A stretch of 64,000 nucleotides of DNA, taken from an uncultured Candidatus Binatia bacterium (GTDB lineage Bacteria > Desulfobacterota > Binatia > UBA9968 > JAJDTQ01). The DNA is taken from the NCBI GenBank assembly GCA_964291295.2, contig OZ219754.1, forward strand, positions 2,656,001 to 2,720,000, in the 5' to 3' direction. A program made the position numbers and the translations under genes. Shown here piece by piece: positions 30,680 to 42,646 of this stretch. Numbering within the stretch: the stretch's first letter is position 1; every line of letters starts with the position of its first letter. The notes under the pieces were generated by a model. The model saw only the letters and a list, made by a program, of their open reading frames with translations, had not been told where the DNA came from and made no database searches.

Positions 30680-31717
30680 ATGCGGGACATGATCATCGAT
30701 TTTCAGAGCCACATTTTCCCCGAACGTTACATGGACACCATGGGCCGGCGGGACGGCGCGGTGATCCTGGAGCCGCCGGACCCCGGCAGCGGCATGGCCT
30801 ACCTCTATGACAAGGGCTTGGGGTGCCGCATCAACACCGCCATTTTCAAGGGCCGGAATGTCGAGCAGCGGCTGGAGCACATGGACCGGCAGGGTGTGGA
30901 CGTGCAGGTGGTGAGCATCCCGGCTCCGGGGGCCGACCGTTACGACCCGGACGATGCCGTGGCCATGGCCCGGGTGGCCAACGACGAGCTGGCCGAAATG
31001 TGCGGGCGCCATCCGGACCGTTTTGTCGGGTTGGCGACCCTGCCCACGGCCTCTGTCGAGGCTTCACTGGAAGAGTTGGAGCGGGCGTATCAGGAACTCG
31101 GGCTGCGCGGTTTCGGCTGCTTCACGAACCTCAATGGGCGGCCGCTGGACGACGAGCGCTTCTTCCCCATCTACGAGAGGCTGGCCGAGTACCGGCTGCC
31201 CGTGTATCTCCATCCCACCGCACCCATCGCCACCGAGGCCGTGGGCCTCGACATCATGCCGATCCTTGTCTATGGCTGGGCCTTCGACAGCACCGTCGCC
31301 ATGACCCGGCTGGTATACGGCCGGGTCATGGAGCGGTTCCCGACGCTGACTTTCGTGGTGGCCGACGTGGGCGGGGTGCTGGCGTTTTTCGGGCAACGCG
31401 CCATCAACATCTACACCGGCCGCACCGAAGAGGTGCGTGCGCGTTACGGCCTTCAGGAGAACCCGCTGGATTCGTTCCGGCGGTTCTTCGTGGACACCGC
31501 GGACCACCAGGCCGGCACGCTCCAGTGCGTGATGGATTTCTTCGGTCCGGAACAGATGGTGTTCGGGACCAACTACCCCTATGGGCCGGAGGACGGCTGC
31601 GGCTTCATCCGGAACAGCCTCAAGGCCGTCGATGACCTGGGGCTGCCGCCGGAGGAGCGGGAGCGGATACTCGGCGGCAACGCCGCCCGCATCCTGCACA
31701 TTGAGGAGCGCCTGTAG
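30680..31717 (+). CDS. Amidohydrolase_2 family (ACMSD/LigW-like) protein
   Basis: MDRQGVDVQVVS, NDELA, LPVYLHP, FGTNYPY, ILGGNAARIL. Confidence 0.9.
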   Translation: MRDMIIDFQSHIFPERYMDTMGRRDGAVILEPPDPGSGMAYLYDKGLGCRINTAIFKGRNVEQRLEHMDRQGVDVQVVSIPAPGADRYDPDDAVAMARVANDELAEMCGRHPDRFVGLATLPTASVEASLEELERAYQELGLRGFGCFTNLNGRPLDDERFFPIYERLAEYRLPVYLHPTAPIATEAVGLDIMPILVYGWAFDSTVAMTRLVYGRVMERFPTLTFVVADVGGVLAFFGQRAINIYTGRTEEVRARYGLQENPLDSFRRFFVDTADHQAGTLQCVMDFFGPEQMVFGTNYPYGPEDGCGFIRNSLKAVDDLGLPPEERERILGGNAARILHIEERL

Positions 31718-31796
31718 CAGCCAGCCCTCGGCGTCCGGTCGCGGCCGGTCACCGGTCCTCGTTTCACGGTTCCGCCAACGCGGGAGAGAAGCCGTC

Positions 31797-33413
31797 ATGT
31801 CTCATCCTCTACATGAAATCCACCATGACAAGGCGGCGCGCACCCTGATCATGGGCAGCAAGGGGGCCATTGCCGCCGGCCATCCGCTGGCATCCCTCGC
31901 CGGTCTCAGGATCATGCAGCGGGGCGGCAATGCCGTGGACGCCGCGGTGGCTGCCGGCTTCGTCCTGGCGGTGACCAAGCACGAGGCCTGCGGCCTCGGC
32001 GGCGACCTGTTCTCGCTGGTCCACATGAAGGGCGAGGGAAAGACCCGGGCTCTCAACGCGAGCGGACCGGCACCCGGCAGGGCCGCCATCGAGGCCTTCA
32101 GGAGCCGTGGCCTGGATGCCGTCCCCACCGCCGGACCCCTGAGCATCGCGATCCCCGGAGCGGTGGACGGATGGCTGGAGCTGCACCGGCGGTACGGCAC
32201 CGTGGAGCTGACCGAGATCTGCGCCGACGCCGTCACGCTGGCCCGGGAGGGCTTTCCCCTCTATTTCTCCCTGGCCCGGTCCATTGCGGCGTGGGCGCCC
32301 TCGTCGCCCGACATCCACCGGTATTTCCGGGCGCCGCTGGAGGAGCTGAAGCCCGGCAGGCTGTTGCGGCAGCCGGAGCTGGCGGCGGTGCTGGAGGCCA
32401 TTGTCCGGGACGGACGGGACGGCTTCTACGGCGGCGGCGTGGGCGCGCGCCTGTGCGCCGGCATCAGGGCGCAGGGGGGATTGCTGGAGGAACGGGATCT
32501 GGAGGGCGGCTTCGCCGAGTGGCTGGAACCGCTGAGTACCGACTACAGGGGTTACCGGATCCTGGAGCAGCCGCCGGTCTCCCAGGGTTTCATGGTCCTG
32601 ACCATGATGAATCTGCTGGCGGGTTACGACTGCAAGGCGTTGAGCCGGACGGAGCGGGTCCACGTGATGGTGGAGGCCAAGAAGATCGCCTTCGAGGACC
32701 GCATCCGGTATCTGGACGACCCGCGCTTCGGCAATCCGCAGGTTCAGCGCCTGATCGGGAAGGAGTACGCCGACGAGCGCCGCGCCGATATCGTCGATAC
32801 CGCCAGGCCGCCGTCATCCTCCCTTGCGGCCGCCGGCGCCGACACCACCTATCTGTGTGTCGCGGACGGTGACGGCAACGTCGTCTCGCTCATCCAGAGC
32901 GTCTTTTCGGTGTTCGGGTCGCGCGTCGTGGCGGGAGACACCGGCATCGTCATGAACAACCGCCTGTGCAGCGCCATGCTGGATCCCGAAAGCGCCAATG
33001 CCCTGAAGCCGGGCAAGCGGCCCGCCCACACCCTCAACTCCTACATGGTGTTCCACAACGGCGAATTTCTGGCGGTGGGGGGCACTCCGGGGGCGGACGA
33101 CCAGCCTCAGACCAACGTTCAGGTGCTGCACAACCTGCTGGACCTCGGAATGGACCCCCAGCGTGCGCTCGAGGCGCCGCGCTGGAGTCACGTGCCCGGC
33201 ACCCCGCCCAACGTCGGATATCCGGAGCTGCTGCGGCTGGAGACGGGCTTCCCGGACGAGGTGGTGCAGGGCCTGGCCGCCAAGGGTCACCCGGTGAAAG
33301 TGGTGGAGCCCTGGTCCTTCGGGGGCGCCGCGCTCATTGTCAGAGACCCGCGCAGCGCGACCCTCATGGCTGCCGCCGACCCGCGCCGGGACGGATACGC
33401 GCTGGGCTGGTAG
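31797..33413 (+). CDS. Gamma-glutamyltransferase family Ntn hydrolase
   Basis: GGNAVDAAVA, GLGGD, DTTYL (nucleophile Thr), PGKRPAHTL, GTPG, DPRRDG. Confidence 0.93.
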   Translation: MSHPLHEIHHDKAARTLIMGSKGAIAAGHPLASLAGLRIMQRGGNAVDAAVAAGFVLAVTKHEACGLGGDLFSLVHMKGEGKTRALNASGPAPGRAAIEAFRSRGLDAVPTAGPLSIAIPGAVDGWLELHRRYGTVELTEICADAVTLAREGFPLYFSLARSIAAWAPSSPDIHRYFRAPLEELKPGRLLRQPELAAVLEAIVRDGRDGFYGGGVGARLCAGIRAQGGLLEERDLEGGFAEWLEPLSTDYRGYRILEQPPVSQGFMVLTMMNLLAGYDCKALSRTERVHVMVEAKKIAFEDRIRYLDDPRFGNPQVQRLIGKEYADERRADIVDTARPPSSSLAAAGADTTYLCVADGDGNVVSLIQSVFSVFGSRVVAGDTGIVMNNRLCSAMLDPESANALKPGKRPAHTLNSYMVFHNGEFLAVGGTPGADDQPQTNVQVLHNLLDLGMDPQRALEAPRWSHVPGTPPNVGYPELLRLETGFPDEVVQGLAAKGHPVKVVEPWSFGGAALIVRDPRSATLMAAADPRRDGYALGW

Positions 33414-33428
33414 GCGTGCGTGCCATGG

Positions 33429-33451
33429 CATTCCGGGCCCGGCCCGGAATG
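33429..33451. repeat. Perfect intergenic hairpin
   Basis: CATTCCGGGC-CCG-GCCCGGAATG. Confidence 0.55.
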
Positions 33452-33486
33452 TTTCGGCCAGGTCGGCGCGGTACGGGAGACGGATC

Positions 33487-34311
33487 GTGAGCAGGGACTG
33501 TCAGCATCGAACGCTTCGGGTCGGCGGCATCGAGACCCACTACCTGGAGGCCGGAGAGGGACCCGACCTGGTGCTGCTCCATGGTGGCGAGTACGGCGCC
33601 TCCGCCGAGGCCACGTGGGGTGAGGCCATGGACAGGCTGGCGGAGACCTTTCACGTCATCGCCCCGGACATGCTGGGTTACGGCGCCACCGCCAAGATAT
33701 ACAGTTTCTCGGACCCTTCGGGGTTCCGAATGACGCACCTGGCGCAGCTCATGGAGGTGGTGGGCGTGGGGGAAGCCTTCTACATGGGCAACTCGGCCGG
33801 TGGCGGCATGCTGCTGCGAAGCGCGGTGCGCAATCCCTCGCCCCTGAACATGAAGAAGATGGTGACCATCTGCGGCAATGCCGGGGTGTTCAAGAGCGAG
33901 TCCCAAGCCGATGTCGAAGACTACGACCCCAGCCCGGAGAACATGCGCAGGCTCCTCAGGCTGCTGTTCCACGACGAGAAGTGGCTCACCCCGGAGTGCG
34001 TGGAGGCGCGTTATGCCGACTCGATACGGCCCGGGGCCTGGGAGGCTCTGTCGGCCGCCCGCCTGAAGCGTCCCGGATACGAGCGCGGCTCGACCCTCGA
34101 AACCTTCGTGCGACAACTTGAGACGGTACGCGTGCCGCTGCTCATCGTTTCCTGTGACCACGACCCACTCAATCAACCGGACTGGGACAAGCGGCTGCAG
34201 CGCATCGTTCCGGGCTCCAGGGTGTACCGTTTCCGGGACTCGGCCCATGAGCCCCAGATCGAGGAGCGGGACACCTTTGTCCGGATCGTGACCGACTTCC
34301 TCCTGTCTTGA
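33487..34311 (+). CDS. Alpha/beta-fold hydrolase
   Basis: LVLLHGG, PDMLGYG, GNSAGG nucleophile elbow, AHEPQIE. Confidence 0.92.
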   Translation: MSRDCQHRTLRVGGIETHYLEAGEGPDLVLLHGGEYGASAEATWGEAMDRLAETFHVIAPDMLGYGATAKIYSFSDPSGFRMTHLAQLMEVVGVGEAFYMGNSAGGGMLLRSAVRNPSPLNMKKMVTICGNAGVFKSESQADVEDYDPSPENMRRLLRLLFHDEKWLTPECVEARYADSIRPGAWEALSAARLKRPGYERGSTLETFVRQLETVRVPLLIVSCDHDPLNQPDWDKRLQRIVPGSRVYRFRDSAHEPQIEERDTFVRIVTDFLLS

Positions 34312-34363
34312 CATCCGCGGCAGGCGGGACTAACTTCGACAATGGTTGCCAAGGGGTACCGGG

Positions 34364-34789
34364 ATGGTCATATACGATCTCGCCTGTGACAGTGAACACC
34401 GTTTCGAGGGGTGGTTTTCCGGATCGGAGAACTACCAGGAGCAGCTCGCGCAAGACCGCATCGCCTGCCCGGTGTGCGGCTCCACGGCCATCACCCGGCT
34501 CCCGCACCGTTGCGCCGTGCACAGCAGGACGGAGCCTCCGTCACGACGGCCCCAACCCTCCATGCCCACGCCGGAGCAGTTCAGGGAAGCGCTGTTCCGG
34601 GTCCATCACTACGTACGGAACAACTTCGAGGATGTCGGGCATCACTTCGCCCGGGAAGCCCGCCGCATTCACGACGGGGAAGCGGACGAACGGCCCATCC
34701 ACGGCACCGCCACCGCCGAGGAACGTGAATCCCTCCACGACGACGGCATCCGTTACCTGACCCTGCCCAAGCCCGAGCTCGACAGCTGA
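34364..34789 (+). CDS. DUF1178 family protein
   Basis: YDLAC..EHRFEGWF, CPVCG, VG..FAREARRIH.GE...RPIHG. Confidence 0.88.
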   Translation: MVIYDLACDSEHRFEGWFSGSENYQEQLAQDRIACPVCGSTAITRLPHRCAVHSRTEPPSRRPQPSMPTPEQFREALFRVHHYVRNNFEDVGHHFAREARRIHDGEADERPIHGTATAEERESLHDDGIRYLTLPKPELDS

Positions 34790-34900
34790 ACCCCGCCCCG
34801 GGCGTCGTTCACCAACTCCGTCCGGTTCATGGTCCTGTCCGTGATCCGGTATCCAGGCTGTGATTGACAACGCGCCGACCTGTCTGTTAGCCGGTGCCCC

Positions 34901-35377
34901 ATGGACGCACGCGAAATCCGCCATGTGATGGGACACTTCGCCACCGGCGTGACCATCGTCACCACCAGGGACAAGGATGGACTGCCCACCGGAATCACCG
35001 CCAACGCCTTCTCGTCCCTTTCCTTGAATCCGCCGCTGGTGCTGGTCTGCATCGACAAGAAGGCCAACTGTTACGACTGCTTCGAGGACTCCGGCGTGTT
35101 CGCCGTCAACCTGCTCGGCGAGCACCAGGAGCATCTCGCCAACCGCTTCGCCACCAAGGGCATCGAGAAGTTCCGGGACGCCGCCTGGCACATGAGCGGC
35201 AACGGCATTCCGGTGCTGGAGGAGACCCTCGGGCACATCGAGTGCACGGTCAGCCAAGGCTACGACGGCGGCGACCATACCATCTATCTCGGCGCGGTTC
35301 TCCAGGCACAGGCCGTGGGCGGCCGCCCGCTGCTTTTCTTCAAGGGCAAGTATCAGAGGCTTCCCGGAGCGGCCTGA
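34901..35377 (+). CDS. Flavin reductase-like protein
   Basis: FATGVTIVT, SLSLNPPLV, GGDHTI; TTGACA at 34864. Confidence 0.93.
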   Translation: MDAREIRHVMGHFATGVTIVTTRDKDGLPTGITANAFSSLSLNPPLVLVCIDKKANCYDCFEDSGVFAVNLLGEHQEHLANRFATKGIEKFRDAAWHMSGNGIPVLEETLGHIECTVSQGYDGGDHTIYLGAVLQAQAVGGRPLLFFKGKYQRLPGAA

Positions 35378-35393
35378 TGGATCCGGCGGGACT

Positions 35394-36962
35394 TCACCGC
35401 AGCGTGATGTCCACGTCCCGGGCGCCGGGGGTCACGGGATTCCCTTCGTGGGCGCCGGCCGGTTCGCCGGCCTCCCGGGTCAAAGGGTCGCCGTCCCGGT
35501 CCAGCCTCGCGCTGACATCCACGGGCCCTTCGAACTCCGCCCCCGGTATCATGACGTCGCCTGAACCCAGAGAGAAGGAGACCGGGAACGTCGGCCGGGC
35601 GATCCGTTTCACCGCCAACGGGGGGCCGGCGGCGGCCCCGGCCGTTCTGGCGACGATGTAGAGAGTGGCGGGTTCACCCGCCTGCGTGGCGCGGCCGGGG
35701 TCCATCCGCACCGTCCCCTCGATGCGCGGCCCGGCCGTCGCCTCGGGCGCCGGCTCCGCGCCGATGCCGGCGATGATCTCCCGGACGGCGTTTCGCCGCT
35801 CTCCTTCGGGCAGCAGCCGCTCAAGCTGACGGAGATATTCCCGGGCTCCGTCCAGGTCGCGACCCTCCTGGTGGAGGATCATCCCCTTGGCCCACAGAGC
35901 GAGAGGCAGATTCGGGGTCCGCGACAACGCCCGGTCCAGTGCCTCCAGGGCGGCGTCGACATGGCCGGCCCGGGCCAGGACCATTCCCATGTAGGCGTTG
36001 GCGAGAGGGTGGCCGGGGTCCTGGTTCAACACCGTGCGGAAGGCCTCGATGGCGTTCCTGAAGTCCTCGCGCTGGTACGCTTCCTGTCCCCGGCGCAAGG
36101 CCGCGGCAGGTTCCTCCGAGACCATCGAGGGGCTGACGCCGCCGGGGCCGGTGCCGGTGAGAAAATCACCGGTGATGCTGTCGCGGGTCGAAGTGCGGGG
36201 ACGGAGTGACTGCCCCAACAGCAGTCCCAGGGTGACGCCGCCGGCCAGCAGCAGCGCGGCTCCCACCGGCAGCGCCCAGCGCCGTCTGGCCCTCCGGGGT
36301 GCGGTCACAGCGGTCGCGGCGGATTCCGGGGCCGGGGGGACGCCCGCCGCCGCGAGGCTGCGCGCGGCCTGATGTTCGTAGCGCTCCCTGAGGGATTCGT
36401 AGTCGGCCCGGGACAGCTTGCCCGCCTGGTGGTCGAACTCGAGTTCGCGAAGGTTCCGGTAGATGCGGGTCCGCTCGTCCTCCGGCGGGTCCTGGAGAGG
36501 GGGATGGCGAATATCGGCGGCCGACGCCTCGGTGCGGACCCGTTCCAGCAGCGCCGGATCCGGTGGTTCGCCGGGATCGTCCCTCACCCGGCCGCTCCAG
36601 CGCCGCAGGAACCATGCCGCAAGGGCCAGACCGGCCAGCAGGCCGGCGAAGGGCAGAATCCACAGGACGAGACTGAAGCCGTGGGCCGGCGGTGCCAGCA
36701 ACACCCACTCGCCGTATTTCGAGACGAAGTAGGAGCGGATCTCGTCCGGTGTCCTGCCAGCCTCCAGCTGTTCCCGTACAATGCCGCGCATCTGCACGGC
36801 CATCTCGGCCGGCGAGTCGGCCACCGACAGGTTCTGGCACACCACGCAACGGAGTTCCGACGCAATGGCGCGGACGCGGTCTTCCAGCGCCTGGTCCGCA
36901 TGCGAACTGGGGCAAAGGATGAGGAGAAGTCCCCAAACCGCTTTGAAAAAAAGGTTTCTCAT
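35394..36962 (-). CDS. ccmH: Cytochrome c biogenesis CcmH-CcmI fusion (CxxC domain + TPR + C-terminal domain)
   Basis: LRCVVCQNLSVADS, YGEWVL, ELEFD..AGKLS..DY..L, TPR repeats, PPLAVKR...ARLD. Confidence 0.9.
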   Translation of the reverse strand: MRNLFFKAVWGLLLILCPSSHADQALEDRVRAIASELRCVVCQNLSVADSPAEMAVQMRGIVREQLEAGRTPDEIRSYFVSKYGEWVLLAPPAHGFSLVLWILPFAGLLAGLALAAWFLRRWSGRVRDDPGEPPDPALLERVRTEASAADIRHPPLQDPPEDERTRIYRNLRELEFDHQAGKLSRADYESLRERYEHQAARSLAAAGVPPAPESAATAVTAPRRARRRWALPVGAALLLAGGVTLGLLLGQSLRPRTSTRDSITGDFLTGTGPGGVSPSMVSEEPAAALRRGQEAYQREDFRNAIEAFRTVLNQDPGHPLANAYMGMVLARAGHVDAALEALDRALSRTPNLPLALWAKGMILHQEGRDLDGAREYLRQLERLLPEGERRNAVREIIAGIGAEPAPEATAGPRIEGTVRMDPGRATQAGEPATLYIVARTAGAAAGPPLAVKRIARPTFPVSFSLGSGDVMIPGAEFEGPVDVSARLDRDGDPLTREAGEPAGAHEGNPVTPGARDVDITLR

Positions 36963-37528
36963 CGTATGGACTGGTGTTCGCCGCGGCCGCTGCCAGTGCT
37001 TGCAAGGTCGCGTCGGGCTTCCTGCAACTTGGCCGCCAGGACCGCCGGCGGGATCGCGCCGACGTGCTTGTAGGTGATCCGTCCGGCCGGACTCACGAAG
37101 AAGGTTTCCGGAATGCCCCACACGCCGTAGTCCACCGATACCCGGCCTTCGGGATCCCGGCCGTTCGCAAAGGTGATGCCGAACTCGTCGATGAATTCGA
37201 GTGCGTCCGCCTTCCTGTCCTGGATGTTGATGCCCAGAAAGAGCACGTCGTCACCCTGGCGCTGCCAGGCAGATTCCAGGTCACGGGCCTCTTCGCGGCA
37301 GGGCAGACACCACGAGGCCCAGAAGCCCAGCAGAACGGTCTTGCCGCGGAGCTCGGACAGCCGCACCGTCTCGCCGTTGAACATCTCCAGGGAGAAGTCG
37401 GGGGCGGCGCGGCCCACCAGGGGCGAGGGGATATAGCGGGGATCCCGATGGAAGCCGTAACCCAGCAGGATCACCAGGAGTGCCACCCCGACAAGGGTGA
37501 GCAGCAGCCTTTGCGCCGCGGTACCCAT
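36959..37528 (-). CDS. ccmG: CcmG/ResA thiol:disulfide oxidoreductase
   Basis: FWASWCLPC, GIPETF, N-terminal TM helix. Confidence 0.92.
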   Translation of the reverse strand: MGTAAQRLLLTLVGVALLVILLGYGFHRDPRYIPSPLVGRAAPDFSLEMFNGETVRLSELRGKTVLLGFWASWCLPCREEARDLESAWQRQGDDVLFLGINIQDRKADALEFIDEFGITFANGRDPEGRVSVDYGVWGIPETFFVSPAGRITYKHVGAIPPAVLAAKLQEARRDLASTGSGRGEHQSIR

Positions 37529-37531
37529 CCC

Positions 37532-39486
<1,955 letters not shown>

Positions 39487-39490
<4 letters not shown>

Positions 39491-39918
39491 AGGGCGCGTG
39501 CGGGCACGAAGCTCCGTTTCGCGGCGGGGTCTTCGCCTTCCCGGTGCGGGCTGTATTCCTCGGCGTGCTTGGCCATCACGGTTGAAGCCTTGAAGGTGCC
39601 GTCCGCGCCGAGCCGCCCCTCCACCACCGCGCCCTTGCCCTCGGAGAAGAGGTCCGGCGGCACGCCCTGGTAGTACACCGCGACGGACTCCCGGCCGTCG
39701 GAGATCTCGAAGCGAAACGTGCGCTGCGAGATATCCTTGCGGAGAGACCCGGGCAGCACCATGCCCCCGATGCGAAGAAAGCGGTCGGGCGCCGGTGTCT
39801 CGGCCCGCAGTTCGGAAGGCGTCACGAAATAGACCACGGCCTCCTGCATGGCGCCATGGATGAGATAGGACAGGCCGCCGGCGATGATCAGGCCGCCGAT
39901 GAGATACCTGGGCTTCAT
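39487..39918 (-). CDS. ccmE: Heme chaperone CcmE
   Basis: PDLFSEG..VVEG, AKHAEEY (HxxxY). Confidence 0.96.
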
Positions 39919-40061
39919 GGACGGTCACCCCCCGCTTCGTTCGAGACCCGGGCCAGCCGCATGGCGGCGCTTCGAATCCGCCGTTTCAACGACACCGCAT
40001 AGATGAGGATGCTGCACCAGACAATACCGTAGGCCAGCAGAACGAAACCCCAGTGTCCCAT
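39915..40061 (-). CDS. ccmD: Heme exporter protein CcmD (48 aa)
   Basis: Hand translation MGHWGFVLLAYGIVWCSILIYAVSLKRRIRSAAMRLARVSNEAGGDRP; one TM with AY and a basic tail; lies between ccmC and ccmE with ATGA overlap. Confidence 0.85.
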   Translation of the reverse strand: MGHWGFVLLAYGIVWCSILIYAVSLKRRIRSAAMRLARVSNEAGGDRP

Positions 40062-40065
40062 GAAA

Positions 40066-40767
40066 TCATGCTCCCTGAACACGCCCTTGCGCCGCGTTGT
40101 CGAGGCGGCTGCGGCGCACCTGGTCTTCCACCTCGCCGAGATGGATGCGCAGCGACAACAGATAGAAGAACAACAGCAGGAAAGCCAGGAAATTGACTCC
40201 CAACGGCCACAGGAAGGCCGGATCGATGTTGTCCCACGGCGCCCGGTCGGGACGCATGATGGACGGCGGCTGGTGCAGCGTGCGCCACCAGTACACCGAC
40301 ATGTGTATCAGCGGGATGTCCAGGAAGCCGATGATGCCCAGGATCGCCCCGGACACGGCCGCGCGCCTCGGATCCTCGATGAGGGCGCGGAGCAGCAGGT
40401 AACCGGCGAATATCAGCAACAGGACGACGGTGAGGGTCAGGCGGGCATCCCAGGTCCACCACACGCCCCACGTGGGCTTCCCCCAGATGGATCCCTCCAC
40501 GATGGTCAGGGCGGTGAACAGCACGCCGATCTCGGCGGCCGAGTGGGCGAGGATGTCGTCGCGGCGCTCGCCCTTCCACAGATAGAGGCAGCTCCCCACG
40601 AACACGATGAAGAACGACAGATAAGCCACCAGGATGCTGGGGATGTGGAGGTACATGATCCGCTGGCTGTCGCCCTGCCGTGCGTCCGGCGGCGCCTCCA
40701 CGAGACCCCAGTACAGTCCGGTGACGACAAGGATGAGTGCCAGCGTGCCGAGAATTCGTCGAGACAT
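40066..40767 (-). CDS. ccmC: Heme exporter protein CcmC
   Basis: YLHIP, WGKPTWGVWWTWDARLT (WWD domain), WWRTLHQ. Confidence 0.96.
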   Translation of the reverse strand: MSRRILGTLALILVVTGLYWGLVEAPPDARQGDSQRIMYLHIPSILVAYLSFFIVFVGSCLYLWKGERRDDILAHSAAEIGVLFTALTIVEGSIWGKPTWGVWWTWDARLTLTVVLLLIFAGYLLLRALIEDPRRAAVSGAILGIIGFLDIPLIHMSVYWWRTLHQPPSIMRPDRAPWDNIDPAFLWPLGVNFLAFLLLFFYLLSLRIHLGEVEDQVRRSRLDNAAQGRVQGA

Positions 40768-40881
40768 GGCGTCGAGACATGGATCAGTGAATGGACCGCA
40801 CCAATGCGGGAACGGCCACGACCGCAAGCGAACCGTCTCCGATGATGATAGCATTGCCCGGCGGCGGTCCCCAAACAGACG

Positions 40882-41562
40882 TCAACCTTCCAACACCCAC
40901 TCCAGCAGCAGGAAGCCGGCGGTGACGAAGATCAGATCGAACCCCACCAGCAGGCGAAACCACGGCGCCAGGTCGGAAGCGGGGCCGGCCCCGAGGATGA
41001 TCTGCAGGGTGCGAACGGTGCCCAGGACCACCGGGATCATGAGCGGAAACAGCAGCACCGGCAGCAGCAGCGCCCGCGCCCGCGCCTGCAACGTCATGGC
41101 CGCGAAGAGAACGCCCACCACGCAGAAGCCCAAGGTGCCGAGCAGGGTGTAGAGGAGCAGGTCGGGCAGGTGACGCCAGAGATCCAGCCGAAACAGGATG
41201 CCGAACAGCGGCAGCACGAGAACTTCCAGCAGGGCCATGAGCGAGAAGCTGAAGACGACCTTGGCGAGGTAATAAGCGCCCCGGTCCAGGGGCGCCAGCC
41301 GAAGCGCATCCAGGCAGCCGTTCTCACGGTCGCCCTGAAACAGTTGGCCGAGGGCCAGGGTGCCGCTGAACATGAAGGCCAGCCACAACAGGCCGGGCGC
41401 CATGCGCGAGACGTTGTCGCTCGAGACCTCGAAGGCGAAGGCGAACAGGAAGAGCAGCGAGAGGCCGAAGAAGAACATCGACAACAGGTTCTCGCGGCGG
41501 CGCGTCTCCAGCAGGAGATCCTTCCAGAGCAGCCAGTAAAACTGTCTCAAGGTGTCCGTCAA
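40882..41562 (-). CDS. ccmB: Heme exporter protein CcmB
   Basis: KDLLLE, PGLLW, DRENGCLDAL, LLPVLLFPL; TTG start overlaps the ccmA stop. Confidence 0.92.
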   Translation of the reverse strand: MTDTLRQFYWLLWKDLLLETRRRENLLSMFFFGLSLLFLFAFAFEVSSDNVSRMAPGLLWLAFMFSGTLALGQLFQGDRENGCLDALRLAPLDRGAYYLAKVVFSFSLMALLEVLVLPLFGILFRLDLWRHLPDLLLYTLLGTLGFCVVGVLFAAMTLQARARALLLPVLLFPLMIPVVLGTVRTLQIILGAGPASDLAPWFRLLVGFDLIFVTAGFLLLEWVLEG

Positions 41563-42284
41563 CGCACGCCGCCTGCGTCCGGGGAGGAGAGGAGGCCGTC
41601 GAAAGCGGCATGGAAACTGTTCCAGGGTTCCTGTCGGGGTTCGTCGAAGACGATCCGTCCCCGGTTCAGGATCACGGCCCTGGAACAAAGCCCGAGGATC
41701 CGCGAAACGTCGTGCGTCGCCAGCACCACGATACCGCCGGCGGCACAGAGGGAGTGCAGGAAACGGTTCAGGATGTCCACGCCCGAGGGGTCCAGCGCAC
41801 CGTAGGGTTCGTCCACCAGCAGCAGTCCCGGATTCACCAGCCGCCACTTGGCGATGGCCAGCCGGCAGCGCATGCCCAGCGACAGGGTCGACGCGTACTC
41901 GCCGGCCCGTGCGTGCAAGCCCACCTCGTTCAGGACCTCCGTCCGTTCCTCCGTGGTGACGTCCCTGCGATACAGGGCGGCGAAGAACCGGAGATTCTCG
42001 CTGACCGTCAGGTTGTCGTAGAGATGAGCGCCCGAGGCGAGAAACCCGATCCTGCCCCGGAGCGGGGAGTTGCCGTAGGAAAGCGAGCGTCCGAACAGTT
42101 CGATGGTGCCCGTGGTGGGGTAGGCCAAGGCCGCCAGAAGCCGCAACAGCGTGGTCTTTCCGGCGCCGTTGGGCCCCAGCAGCGCCACCCATTCGCCGGC
42201 GGCGATCTCCAGCCGCAACTCTCTCAGGGCCCACAGGAACCCGTACACCTTCGACACGCTTTCCATCCGCACACTCACGATCAT
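41559..42284 (-). CDS. ccmA: Heme ABC exporter ATPase CcmA
   Basis: GPNGAGKT, LSLGM, LLVDEP; first gene of the ccm operon. Confidence 0.9.
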   Translation of the reverse strand: MIVSVRMESVSKVYGFLWALRELRLEIAAGEWVALLGPNGAGKTTLLRLLAALAYPTTGTIELFGRSLSYGNSPLRGRIGFLASGAHLYDNLTVSENLRFFAALYRRDVTTEERTEVLNEVGLHARAGEYASTLSLGMRCRLAIAKWRLVNPGLLLVDEPYGALDPSGVDILNRFLHSLCAAGGIVVLATHDVSRILGLCSRAVILNRGRIVFDEPRQEPWNSFHAAFDGLLSSPDAGGVR

Positions 42285-42313
42285 GGTCCGGGTACGGAAC
42301 GATACGGAACACC

Positions 42314-42331
42314 TTGTGAGTAATTTGACGA
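42314..42331. promoter_or_regulatory. Possible Rex/CRP-type operator upstream of the ccm operon
   Basis: TTGTGAGTAATTTGACGA vs Rex consensus TTGTGAANNNNTTCACAA (3 mismatches). Confidence 0.4.
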
Positions 42332-42646
42332 AATACTCTGATGAACGTCGTGATGAGTCCTGCGCCCCGGCGGCCGCCGGAAGCTTCCCGATTCCCCAAT
42401 ATAGCGCGTTCCGCCGGAAATGGCATCCGAAGGGGGCATCATGCCCGCGCCGGAGCGCTCCCTTGACTCACCACCGGAGATTGGCTAAGCACTATCCTGT
42501 CACGACTGCACGTATCGCCTGAACCGGGTGGGCTGGCTCGACGGCTCCGCGCGGGTCCATGCGAGTCCATGTCCGGTCTCGGGATCTCCGGGACCGGATC
42601 GGTCTTCAGGCCATTTCACGGATCAGAGGAGGATCAGGGACGAATC

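Noticed and set aside
42338-42385. CTGATGA hammerhead-like core
   Set aside because: No correctly placed GAAA or stems I-III found
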